DNA of 64,000 nucleotides, from positions 3,243 to 67,242 of the forward strand of contig JAKASE010000008.1 in assembly GCA_021819135.1 (NCBI GenBank), read 5' to 3'. Position numbers and translations under genes: made by a program. Each line of letters begins with the position of its first letter. Positions within the stretch are counted from its first letter, which is position 1. The notes beneath the pieces were generated by a model. It worked only from the letters and a program-made list of their open reading frames with translations, was not told the origin of the DNA and made no database searches. Positions 1-8,181 of this stretch are shown piece by piece. This stretch comes from Thermoplasmata archaeon (lineage in GTDB: Archaea; Thermoplasmatota; Thermoplasmata; Lutacidiplasmatales; UBA184).

Positions 1-1
1 C

Positions 2-247
2 GAGATCCGCTGGGACCCCTGGAGGAAGCGCTGGAGCGTCTCCTGTCGGGCTCCAGCGATCGCCGGTTCCGCGAACGCGGCGCTCCTCTGGCTGCTCTCG
101 GGATGGCTGGGAGTTCCCCCTACCTCCATCCGCTGGGTCGTCGCGACGCGTTCTCGCTCGAAACTGCTGGAGGTAGACCGTCTCGATGAGGAGGAGGTCG
201 CGACGCGACTGGCACGGGCCTCCAAGCGGTCGGATGACCCGGACTGA
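2..247 (+). CDS. C-terminal fragment of a hypothetical (possibly membrane) protein, truncated by the window edge
   Basis: The frame is open from the left edge to TGA at 245-247. It has the highest third-position GC of the three forward frames. It contains a hydrophobic stretch (AALLWLLSGWLGV) followed by an acidic tail. No family was recognised, and the antisense frame is also open. Confidence 0.3.
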   Translation, partial: EIRWDPWRKRWSVSCRAPAIAGSANAALLWLLSGWLGVPPTSIRWVVATRSRSKLLEVDRLDEEEVATRLARASKRSDDPD

Positions 248-389
248 CCGGAGCCGCTCCTCGAAGGACTCTTCGGCGTATCTCCGGGGTCCGGTCAGCT
301 TTCCGAGGTCAATCCCCAATCGCTCGTGATGTTGAAATACCAGGAACACGAAGGAATACGAGACGCGACGGTGCGTCGCCGGTGGAAAT

Positions 390-1016
390 GTGCCCGGTTC
401 CTTGCTTCCGCGGCGGGGCCTTGACCCCAAGAGCACGGGGCGTGCTCGCGGCTTCGCTCTCGTCTCGGTCATCCTGATCCTCGCGCTCCTCGCGGCGGCA
501 TTCGTCGTGATGGTGACGGCCGCCCCCTCACCGGCTCCGGGCGCGAGGGTCCGTGAGGCCCTAGGGGGCCCGGCTCCGACCAAGGTGGTGGTGATCGCCA
601 ACCCGGCCTTGATCACTATCGGGCAGGCGACGAACCTGACGGCGTCGGTCACGGGGGGGACCGGGTGGATCAACTACACGTGGGTACTGCCGATCGGCTG
701 CTCCACCCAGAACGTCTCGGTGCTCACCTGCAAGCCCTCGGAGACCGGTAACTTCACGGTCGGGGTGAGGGCCTCCGATGAATTTGCCCGGTCCGTCAGT
801 AACTCGACCTATCTGCTCGTGAGCCCGGCCGCCTCGGGCTCCACTCCCTTATCGGCCTCCACGGTCTTTCTGTTCGCGGGGCTGCTCGGTACGGCCGCGG
901 CCGTCGTGGCAGCGCTCGTGATGGTGCTCGTCCTTCGCCGCCGGCGCCGCCGACGTCCGGTCACGGACATGCCGGGCAATCCGTACGTGCCGCCTCCGGG
1001 CTCGGAACCACCGTAG
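390..1016 (+). CDS. Membrane-anchored Ig/PKD-like surface glycoprotein (hypothetical)
   Basis: GTG start. N-terminal signal anchor (FALVSVILILALLAAAFVVMV). A beta-rich segment of about 100 aa carries five N-x-S/T sequons (NLT, NYT, NVS, NFT, NST). A C-terminal TM helix is followed by RRRRRRR and a Pro-rich tail. Confidence 0.6.
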   Translation: MPGSLLPRRGLDPKSTGRARGFALVSVILILALLAAAFVVMVTAAPSPAPGARVREALGGPAPTKVVVIANPALITIGQATNLTASVTGGTGWINYTWVLPIGCSTQNVSVLTCKPSETGNFTVGVRASDEFARSVSNSTYLLVSPAASGSTPLSASTVFLFAGLLGTAAAVVAALVMVLVLRRRRRRRPVTDMPGNPYVPPPGSEPP

Positions 1017-1120
1017 TTCCCAGCCTCGATCGTTCGTCGAATGCCTGACGACCGCGGGCACCACCGGTGTCGACCCAGGACGTCCGTGGTTCGGGTCGTC
1101 CCCCGGAGGGACGCGGCCCC

Positions 1121-1579
1121 TTACCCGCCCTGTCCGCTACCGATGCGGAAGACCGACCGGATCCGCGAACGGAGCATGTGGCCGGGAACGGCGCCCACGA
1201 CCTTGTCGACGAGGCGCCCGTGATCGAAGAGCAAGAGCGTCGGGATCCCCTCCACCCGGTACTGGGCCGCGAGCATCGGTTCGTTGTCGGCGTTGACCTT
1301 GCCGAACCGGACGTCGGCGGCGAGCTCCTTCGCGAGGCCGTCCAGGATCGGGGCCATCGTACGGCAGGGGCCGCACCAGGGGGCCCACACGTCGACCACG
1401 ACGTGCGGATGCTGGGAGAGGAAGGAGCCGAACGACGAGGCGGAGAGATCGGTCGGGGTCGTGCTCGGCAGGGTCGTCGCGACGGTCGGCGGCGGGGCAG
1501 ATCGCGCGGCGATCAGTTCCTGCATCCGTCGGGCCCGCAGCGCAGCGAGTTCGGGGTCACCATCGTCGGTTCCGGTCAT
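1121..1579 (-). CDS. trxA: Thioredoxin with an N-terminal extension
   Basis: WCGPC active site in VVVDVWAPWCGPCRTMAP, and the rest is thioredoxin-fold-like (FGKVNADNEP...GIPTLLLF). I preferred the ATG at 1577-1579 over the track start at 1660. An N-terminal helix plus Pro/Thr linker of about 60 aa precedes the fold. Confidence 0.9.
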   Translation of the reverse strand: MTGTDDGDPELAALRARRMQELIAARSAPPPTVATTLPSTTPTDLSASSFGSFLSQHPHVVVDVWAPWCGPCRTMAPILDGLAKELAADVRFGKVNADNEPMLAAQYRVEGIPTLLLFDHGRLVDKVVGAVPGHMLRSRIRSVFRIGSGQGG

Positions 1580-2862
1580 GGTTTGGTACCTGTCCGTCGC
1601 GATCGTCGGGAGGCCGGTCGCCGCAGCAGCAGCGCATAGTGCCACGGCCCGAACTCCCACCGGTCGACCGGCACGAGCCCGTGCGTCCGGAGACGGGCCT
1701 CGGCCTCCTCCGGGGAGAGTCGGACCGAGCGGGGTGGGCCTTCGGGGGGCCCCTCCTTCTTCCAGTCCACGTTGACGAAGCGACCGTCCGGCTTGAGGAG
1801 ACGAACTGCCTCCGCGACCGTCGTGTCGGGCACGTCATGGAGGACGTTCGCCAGCAGGACGACGTCGGCGACGGAGGGGGGCACCGGGATTTCACTTCGG
1901 GTGCTCAAGAGGGGTGTGATCTGGGGGAGGTGCTCCGCGTCGCGCCGGGACCGAAGGTGCTCGATGAGTTCGGGCGACAGGTCGACGGCGTAGACGCGTC
2001 CGCCCGGTCCGACCTGGCGCGCCGCTTCGACCGCAAAGAACCCCGTGCCGGCCCCGACATCGACCACGACCTCGCCGGGGCGCAGGCCGATGCGACGCCA
2101 GAGCACCTTCGGGTCCTGCGTCCGGCGGCGCTCCGGGCTCTCGAGGATCCGGACGGCGTCCTCCGCCGTCCATGCGGAGCCGACGAGGTGCCGGTGTTCG
2201 CCGCCATGGTGATGGTGGTGGTCGTGTCCTTCTTGCGGGGGCGTCCGCGATGATCGGTCGTCCTCCGGAGGCGGGGCTTGGAACGAGATCCAGCTGCGGG
2301 TCCCTTCGAATCCGGAGTCGCTCCACCAGTCCGACAGCGGGCGGGCCGACCGACGGGGGACGCGGCGAAGTGGGTCCACCACCTGGAGCGTCCCTTCGCG
2401 CGGGATGAGCGCGATCCAGTGGGGATCGGGGGTCTCCCCGCCGGTCCTTCGGGCCGTCGTGAGCAGGAGACCGACCTCGCCCGGCGACGGCGGTTCGACG
2501 GAGGTCTCCACGGGGATTCCCCGGTGCTGGCACCGACGGAAGAGGTCGTCCTCGATGCGCCGGTACGCCGCGCGGGGGAGGGGGGAGTGACGGGTCCGGA
2601 TGTGGTGCCACAGCCATGGCGAGGGACCGCTCGTGCGAACGACCGCGCGGAATCCGCGTCGCTCCGCCGCGAGGGCGAGACCGAGGGGGTGGGCACCCGG
2701 GCAGGCGACCGCGGTGCTCTCCCGCCAGATCTCGATCTCCTCTTCGACCCGGGGCCCCGCCGGTGACCAACCGAGCGAGGTGAGCACCGAGCCGAGCGCC
2801 GCCGGTCCGCAGGAGAACGGGAACGACTGGGGCCAGCCGATCGATGGGCCGTGGTCCGTCAT
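1576..2862 (-). CDS. Fusion protein: papain-like (peptidase C39-like) domain, His-rich linker and class I SAM-dependent methyltransferase
   Basis: Start at the ATG at 2860-2862 (MTDHGPSIGW). The N-terminal half has a FSCGPAALGSVL Cys motif and a later HWIALI His motif, as in C39-like peptidases. A GHDHHHHHGGEHRH linker follows. The C-terminal half has methyltransferase motif I (VVDVGAGTGFF) plus AVDLSPE and LKPDGRF. I saw no in-frame ATG/GTG/TTG next to the linker. The upstream 184 aa of the track ORF overlap the next gene and are Arg/Ser-rich. Confidence 0.7.
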   Translation of the reverse strand: MTDHGPSIGWPQSFPFSCGPAALGSVLTSLGWSPAGPRVEEEIEIWRESTAVACPGAHPLGLALAAERRGFRAVVRTSGPSPWLWHHIRTRHSPLPRAAYRRIEDDLFRRCQHRGIPVETSVEPPSPGEVGLLLTTARRTGGETPDPHWIALIPREGTLQVVDPLRRVPRRSARPLSDWWSDSGFEGTRSWISFQAPPPEDDRSSRTPPQEGHDHHHHHGGEHRHLVGSAWTAEDAVRILESPERRRTQDPKVLWRRIGLRPGEVVVDVGAGTGFFAVEAARQVGPGGRVYAVDLSPELIEHLRSRRDAEHLPQITPLLSTRSEIPVPPSVADVVLLANVLHDVPDTTVAEAVRLLKPDGRFVNVDWKKEGPPEGPPRSVRLSPEEAEARLRTHGLVPVDRWEFGPWHYALLLRRPASRRSRRTGTKP

Positions 2863-2986
2863 CCGGTCTCCCGGACGGGGCTCGTCGACCCCGATCGGCC
2901 GATGCGGAGAGCCGGTGACCCGGACCGGCGACCTCGCGCGTCCGCACCGTGGGTGCGCCCGGCTCGCTCCCCGGCTCGAACGAGGA

Positions 2987-3631
2987 TCATGCCCCGCTCC
3001 GATACGGATGCACGGACAGGGGGAGGAACCGACCGGTCGCCCCGACGTATCGCCGGTAGTCGGCACCCAGCCGATCCGACGCGAGGAACAGGCGTTCCTC
3101 GGACCGCGCGCGTCGGTCCGCGAGCCAGACGACGAGGGCGAGCGGGAGGAGCAGGGGAAGGGCAAGGAACGTGAGGGTGATGCCGAGACCGAGGGCGATG
3201 TTCGCCGTGTACATCGGGTGCCGGATCCAGCCGTACGGGCCGCTCCGCACGACCTCGTGGTCGGCGGAGAGGCGGATCTCCACGGTAGCGAACCGGCCGA
3301 GGGAGCGGAACGCCCAGCCGACGAGGGCGCCTCCCACCAGGATGACGGCGAGCCCCAGGAGCTCGATCGTGATCTCTCCCGGGAACCCGACCGCCCATGG
3401 GAACGAGAGGAGGACATCGGGCGCGATAAGCGCGACCAGCGGGTACCCGAAGAGGATGGCCAGAGAACCGAGCCAGACGACCTCGAGCGACCGCGGGACC
3501 CCCGCCGGCGTCGTCCCGGTCGCCGAAGGTCCGGTCACGGCCTGCCGGTTCGGGCGGCCCCAGACGAGGCACGCGACAAGCCATCCGTAGGTCAGCAGCG
3601 CGGCGACCTGCAGCCCGAGCGGTGTGAGCAT
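2987..3631 (-). CDS. Isoprenylcysteine carboxyl methyltransferase (ICMT/PEMT) family membrane protein
   Basis: Multi-TM protein with the family signature GPYGWIRHPMYTANIALGLG and a downstream EERLF..YRRY motif. I preferred the ATG at 3629-3631, which is preceded by GAGGGA. The track start at 3694 is a GTG. Confidence 0.8.
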   Translation of the reverse strand: MLTPLGLQVAALLTYGWLVACLVWGRPNRQAVTGPSATGTTPAGVPRSLEVVWLGSLAILFGYPLVALIAPDVLLSFPWAVGFPGEITIELLGLAVILVGGALVGWAFRSLGRFATVEIRLSADHEVVRSGPYGWIRHPMYTANIALGLGITLTFLALPLLLPLALVVWLADRRARSEERLFLASDRLGADYRRYVGATGRFLPLSVHPYRSGA

Positions 3632-3802
3632 GAGGATCCCTCGATCACGGTCCGGTCCCACGCAGAGGACCGGTCCCGTATTCGACTTTGCCACGTCGCC
3701 CGGGCCGTCCCGGTCCCGCGCCGGGGGCCGGTCGGGTTGGGGGCATGGAGAAGCCGCAGAAGGGGTTCGCCGAAGCGTATCCTACCGACCACGGGGCGGC
3801 GT

Positions 3803-4069
3803 CTACGCGGTATAGAAGCCGGTCACTTCGCGGATGGTCCGGGTCGTCGGAAGCCCGAGGCTCTTGTAGACCCCCTCCAGGCTCTCCGCGCTCGGGGCCT
3901 CCCAGAGGCAGTGCGCCTCGGTCTTGCCCGGGACCGCCACGATCGACACGGGGCGGAAGCCCTTCGGGACCTGGCCCTTCCGGGCCATCGCGATCGCGTT
4001 CTGGACCTTCTCCACCACGGACTTCGTCTGCTCGCTCGACCACTTGTGCTCGATCTCGTAGAGGGGCAT
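3803..4069 (-). CDS. Small DUF4242-like protein
   Basis: About 88 aa starting at MPLYEIEHKW, and containing EAHCLWEAPSAESLEGVYKSLGL. This resembles the DUF4242 pattern (MPLYMD.H...FCL.EAP..EAV...H) as I remember it. Confidence 0.55.
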   Translation of the reverse strand: MPLYEIEHKWSSEQTKSVVEKVQNAIAMARKGQVPKGFRPVSIVAVPGKTEAHCLWEAPSAESLEGVYKSLGLPTTRTIREVTGFYTA

Positions 4070-4167
4070 GGCCAACCTCGCTCGCTTCACGGAGCGTATC
4101 GGGATGACTTCGGTCATTGCATACGCAACGTCTATATCGGGCGGTACTGAAGCCGGGGCGTCGGCCG

Positions 4168-4938
4168 ATGCAGGTCGTCCGTCTGCGACTTCGACACCCG
4201 TGCCCGTTCGCCGAGCCGGTGGCGCGCGCCGAACACGTCCGCGTGACCCACCTGTGCCACCGGGGCAAGGAGGCGATCCTCGAGGTCCACGCCGCGGCGG
4301 TCGACGTGCTCGACGGGATCGTGGACGGCTATCGCGGGTCGGGCGCGGAGGTCCTCTACGAGGACCGCGAGCGGACGGCGGCGCTGGTCCGGTTCCCCTC
4401 GTGTGCCTGCTGCCGATCCGGACAGGTCATCCCCACCATCGAGGACCAGGGGTACCTCTACCTGCCCCCGTCGGGCTACTCGGCGGACGGGGAGACCTAC
4501 CAGTTCCTCGCCGAGGAGGAGCGTCTCGACCCGCACCTGACCGAGCGTCTCCCCTCCACGGTGGAGATCCTCAGCACCGGGGTCCAGCCGCTCACATCGC
4601 TCGGGTTCGAGGGAGGATTCCTCGTCCCGGTCGGGGTCCTTCTGCGGGGGCTCACCGAACGGCAGCGGCAGGCAATCGTCACTGCGATCCTGCGGGGGTA
4701 CTACCGGATCCCGCGCGTGGTGCGGACCGAGGAGCTCGCCCGGGCCCTCGAGATCTCCCGGCCCGCCTTCGAGGCGTTGCTGCGGAAGGCCGAGAACAAG
4801 GTCGTGGCCGCCCTATTCCCGTACCTCACCATCCCCGGTACCGCGGCTCCATCCGCCGGTCGAAAGGTCCGCCCCACGGCGGGCCCCGGGGATGCCTCGA
4901 AGCGCCGGGAACCGGACCGCGCTTCGCCGCCGAAATGA
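4168..4938 (+). CDS. HTH_10 (Bat/HalX-type) transcriptional regulator with a Cys-rich N-terminal domain
   Basis: C-terminal motif LTERQRQAIVTAILRGYYRIPRVVRTEELARALEISRPAFEALLRKAENKV. The N-terminal domain has HPCPF, LCHRG and PSCACC cysteines. ATG at 4168. Confidence 0.75.
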   Translation: MQVVRLRLRHPCPFAEPVARAEHVRVTHLCHRGKEAILEVHAAAVDVLDGIVDGYRGSGAEVLYEDRERTAALVRFPSCACCRSGQVIPTIEDQGYLYLPPSGYSADGETYQFLAEEERLDPHLTERLPSTVEILSTGVQPLTSLGFEGGFLVPVGVLLRGLTERQRQAIVTAILRGYYRIPRVVRTEELARALEISRPAFEALLRKAENKVVAALFPYLTIPGTAAPSAGRKVRPTAGPGDASKRREPDRASPPK

Positions 4939-4982
4939 GGGACTCGGGGAACCCCTCCCGGACCGCGATCGGGCCGTGACGC

Positions 4983-5666
4983 TCAGCCGACCCGACGGTC
5001 GGCGAAGTACCAGAGCCGGATCGGGAAGTCGGACCCGCCCTCGCTCCGCTCGGTACGACGCACCGGTTCGAAGAGCCCCTTCGCCAGTCGGTCTGCGTAC
5101 GCCTCCGAGAAGAAATGCATCGTGACCCTGTGGGGAGAGGGATCGTAGGTGTCGGGTCGGACCCGACGTCCTCGCCCGTACCACGGATCCGAGGTCGAAC
5201 GGACCGAGAAGAGGTGCAACCCCCGCGGCGCCAGCGCGCGGTGGATCGCCCGCATCAGGTCCCGATGCTCCCGTTCCGTGAAGTCCATGTTGAGGAACAT
5301 GTTCGAGTACACCGCCCCGACCTTCCCGCGGGGTAGGGTCGTGAGGAACTCGAGGCAGTCGGATTCGATCGGTTCGACCGCGGCTCGGGGAGCCGTCGAG
5401 GAGGGCTCGGAGCGGCGAACGAGGTCGACCGCGCGCACGTGAAACCCCTCGGACGAGAGGTAGCGCGCGTCCCGGCCGTATCCACAGCCGAGCTCGACGA
5501 CCTCACGGAGGCCCGCCTCCGATCGAAGGATCGGCCGGCACCACCGGGCGAAGTCGCTCTCCTCCGGTCCAAAGAACGTCGGATCCTCGTCGTAGCGTCG
5601 TTGCCAGAAGTCCCGTTGCCGGACCCGACGCTCCGTGCGAGCCCGGGTCGTCGTCGGGCGAGCCAC
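4983..5666 (-). CDS. Class I SAM-dependent methyltransferase
   Basis: Motif I (VVELGCGYGRDARYL), an acidic loop (VRAVDL) and typical length. Confidence 0.8.
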   Translation of the reverse strand: MARPTTTRARTERRVRQRDFWQRRYDEDPTFFGPEESDFARWCRPILRSEAGLREVVELGCGYGRDARYLSSEGFHVRAVDLVRRSEPSSTAPRAAVEPIESDCLEFLTTLPRGKVGAVYSNMFLNMDFTEREHRDLMRAIHRALAPRGLHLFSVRSTSDPWYGRGRRVRPDTYDPSPHRVTMHFFSEAYADRLAKGLFEPVRRTERSEGGSDFPIRLWYFADRRVG

Positions 5667-5767
5667 CCTCTCCGCACCGCCGCGTCGGTCCTAAGCGCTT
5701 TGGGGCCCAGGCCGGGCCCCGAGCGCCGTCACGGGCGGCGGAACCCGCCCGCGAAGGGACCGTCTGC

Positions 5768-5938
5768 CTAGTCCTTGACAACCGTCGAGAAGGTGTACTT
5801 CGCGGCCTCGGCGTGGGACATCAGGTGCTCGGTGATCTCGGTCGTGCGGAGCGTCTGAAAGCCGCAGACGAGGCATCGGTACAGCATCAGTTCGGTCGGG
5901 CGTCCGCCCACGGTTCCGGTCATCGAGCTTCCGGCCAT
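5768..5938 (-). CDS. Small C2H2 zinc-finger protein (56 aa; below the ORF-track cutoff)
   Basis: My own translation is MAGSSMTGTVGGRPTELMLYRCLVCGFQTLRTTEITEHLMSHAEAAKYTFSTVVKD. It has exact C-x2-C-x12-H-x3-H spacing and GC-rich third positions. It sits in a gap that is otherwise unassigned. Confidence 0.5.
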   Translation of the reverse strand: MAGSSMTGTVGGRPTELMLYRCLVCGFQTLRTTEITEHLMSHAEAAKYTFSTVVKD

Positions 5939-6111
5939 GCGCGTCGGTAGGAGGGCCGGGCAAGATAAGCTTCGTGTCGAAGGCGCGGGGCGGAGGCCCG
6001 GGACCCCCCCGCCCCGGTTCGGGCCGGCCCCGGATCACCGGACGCGGCCCATCGGCGCCCGGTTCTTGCGCGTACCGTGGGGCGTATGTAATCGCACTCC
6101 TTCGCACCGGC

Positions 6112-6396
6112 ATGCCGACCTACATCATCCTCGGTCGACTGACCCTGCAAGCGAAGCGCGACCCGGCTACGTCGCGGAAGACGAGGGACCAACTCTGGGC
6201 GGAGTTCCAGAGCAAAGGGTTGAAGTTCACCCCGTACACGACGCTCGGACCGTACGATGTGATCACCATCGTGGAGGCTCCCTCGGAGGAGTTGATGATG
6301 CGGTATCTGATGGCCGCGGGCGTCTCGGGGAACATCGAGACGACCACGCTGCGCGCCTACTCGGCTGCCGAGGCCGACAAGTTCCGGAGCGGGTGA
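6112..6396 (+). CDS. GYD domain protein
   Basis: 94 aa from the ATG at 6112 (MPTYIILGRLT...GPYDVITIVEAPSEE..), which matches the GYD-family pattern. The upstream part of the track ORF is Gly/Pro/Arg-rich. Confidence 0.75.
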   Translation: MPTYIILGRLTLQAKRDPATSRKTRDQLWAEFQSKGLKFTPYTTLGPYDVITIVEAPSEELMMRYLMAAGVSGNIETTTLRAYSAAEADKFRSG

Positions 6397-6463
6397 CCCG
6401 CCCGTCGTACCCCGCTCCCGTGCGGGACGAAGTACTTGAGGGGCGGGCGCCTCGACCCGCCCT

Positions 6464-6931
6464 GTGTCGGGCTTCCTGCTGTCGCCCGGGATCACCCCGG
6501 AACTGACCGACGTCTTCGTCATCGAGCTTCCGATTGTCCTCGGAGCCGGCTACCTCTTCGGGGGTCGTCGTGGGTTCGAGCTCGCGTTCGCCGCGAACGC
6601 GATCGTGTTGGCGATCGTGAAGCTGGTGACCGACTACTTCGATCCGTGGGACGACGCCGTCGCACTTTCTGCGCTCGTCGGCGGAGGCCTCTGGGTCCTG
6701 GTCCGGGAGAGCGGGGGCGTGCGCGGACGCACGTCGTGGACGGTCATAGGACTGGCCGGGCTCGTCGCGATCCTCTTCGGTCTCGTGAAGCTGACGGACT
6801 TCTACGACCCGTTCGACCTGCTCCTCGCGGACGCCGCGGTCGTCTGCGGTATCGCGCTCCTGGTCCTGCGGCATCGACGGGTCCCGGGGCCGGGCGCATC
6901 GCCCGAGCTCATCCGCCCGATCGAGGGGTGA
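6464..6931 (+). CDS. Hypothetical four-TM membrane protein with an internal duplication
   Basis: There are two similar halves (IVLAIVKLVTDYFDPWDD... and LVAILFGLVKLTDFYDPFD...), each followed by a second hydrophobic helix. Confidence 0.55.
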   Translation: MSGFLLSPGITPELTDVFVIELPIVLGAGYLFGGRRGFELAFAANAIVLAIVKLVTDYFDPWDDAVALSALVGGGLWVLVRESGGVRGRTSWTVIGLAGLVAILFGLVKLTDFYDPFDLLLADAAVVCGIALLVLRHRRVPGPGASPELIRPIEG

Positions 6932-6952
6932 GGGGAACGCGGGTCCGGTGGC

Positions 6953-7804
6953 TCACGGGGCCGGGGCCGAGCCGCGGGGCACCGCGAGCCGGTTGAGCTC
7001 ATCGAAGGAGATCGCCCCATCGACCAGGAGGTCGAACGACCCCCGATTCAGGACCTCCTCCCCGATCCGTCGCAATAGCCCCATCGTCGCGTAGGAGGCC
7101 GATGGTCCAAAACTGATCCGCTTCACCCCGATCCGCTCGAGCTCGGCGAGCGGAGGGAGGCCCTTGCGCACCATCACGTTCGTGGGAAACTCGACCGCCC
7201 GGACGAACGTCTCGATCGAGGGGCCGTCGGTGACCCCCATGGGGTACAGGCAATCGGCCCCGGCATCGCGGTAGCGGACCGCCCGGCGGATCGCCTCCTC
7301 GAGACGGGCCGGAGCCTCTCCGGCGGCGTGCCGGAACGCATCGGTCCGGGCGTTGATGACGATCGGGACTCCCGCCGCGACCGCGACCTCGCGGACCTTC
7401 TTGATCTTGCGGACCTGGGCGGCGACCGGGACGAGGGTCCCTCGCCCGGGGTCGACGTCCTCGAGGTTGATCCCCACGGCGCCGACGTCGATGATCTGAC
7501 GGACCGTCGCGGCGACCCCGGCGGAGCCCCGACCGTACCCGGCGACGATGTCCGCGGAAAGCGGAACATCGAGCGCCTTCGCGATCGCCCCGGTCGCGCG
7601 CAGGAACTCCTTCCGGGGCATCTCCTGCCCGTCGCGGTACCCGTGAGAGACCATCAGACCCGCGCTCGAGGTCGCCACCGCCGGGAACCCGGCCTCCTCG
7701 AACGACCGGGCGCTCGGTACGTCCCAGGCGTTCGGCAGGATCAGCGGGCGTGGCTGGTGGTGGAGCTGACGGAACGCTTCGGCCTTCTCCGATTGGGTCG
7801 CCAT
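6953..7804 (-). CDS. Isocitrate lyase/PEP mutase superfamily enzyme (2-methylisocitrate lyase or carboxyvinyl-carboxyphosphonate phosphorylmutase-like)
   Basis: Start at MATQSEKAEAFRQLH..LILPNAWDVPSARSFEEAGFPAVATSS, followed by GINLEDV. ATG at 7802-7804. The longer track ORF adds a non-protein-like leader. Confidence 0.85.
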   Translation of the reverse strand: MATQSEKAEAFRQLHHQPRPLILPNAWDVPSARSFEEAGFPAVATSSAGLMVSHGYRDGQEMPRKEFLRATGAIAKALDVPLSADIVAGYGRGSAGVAATVRQIIDVGAVGINLEDVDPGRGTLVPVAAQVRKIKKVREVAVAAGVPIVINARTDAFRHAAGEAPARLEEAIRRAVRYRDAGADCLYPMGVTDGPSIETFVRAVEFPTNVMVRKGLPPLAELERIGVKRISFGPSASYATMGLLRRIGEEVLNRGSFDLLVDGAISFDELNRLAVPRGSAPAP

Positions 7805-8181
7805 GCCCTCGGATACGGGTGAACCTATTGACCCCTGTGCCCGAGGAATGGGCCGTTCAGGCATGCGCCGTCCCGCGGGCCGGACCACCTCGGTCTCCAT
7901 GGGTCCGGTCCGTTCGCGCTCACCCCTTCCTCGCTCCGCACGGCTTTCGCCGCCGGAGGGTGCGGGAAGGACCTGAGCGTGCATCGCGGATCCATCGCGA
8001 CCCCGCCATTCCCCTTGCACGAGGGGGGCACGCCCCCGCGAGCGGTGCAGGCAGAGAACGGGTCCGTTCCGCCTCGCCTTCCCGACCGGTGAGCCCTTCA
8101 CGAAACGAGCGCGGCCGACCGGGCGCGCTCATGTACCGACCCGGGTTTCGATCCGCCCTCTGGAGGCGATGAGGTACATCC

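Noticed and set aside
2863-3417. N-terminal 184-aa extension of the 613-aa track ORF (1576-3417).
   Set aside because: It is Ser/Arg-rich and overlaps the ICMT-family gene in another frame. The peptidase-like domain begins right after the ATG at 2862.
8140-8165. tRNA T-arm-like GGGTTTCGATCCGCCC.
   Set aside because: There is no complementary T-stem, and no acceptor, D or anticodon arms can be drawn around it. I found no tRNA anywhere in the window.
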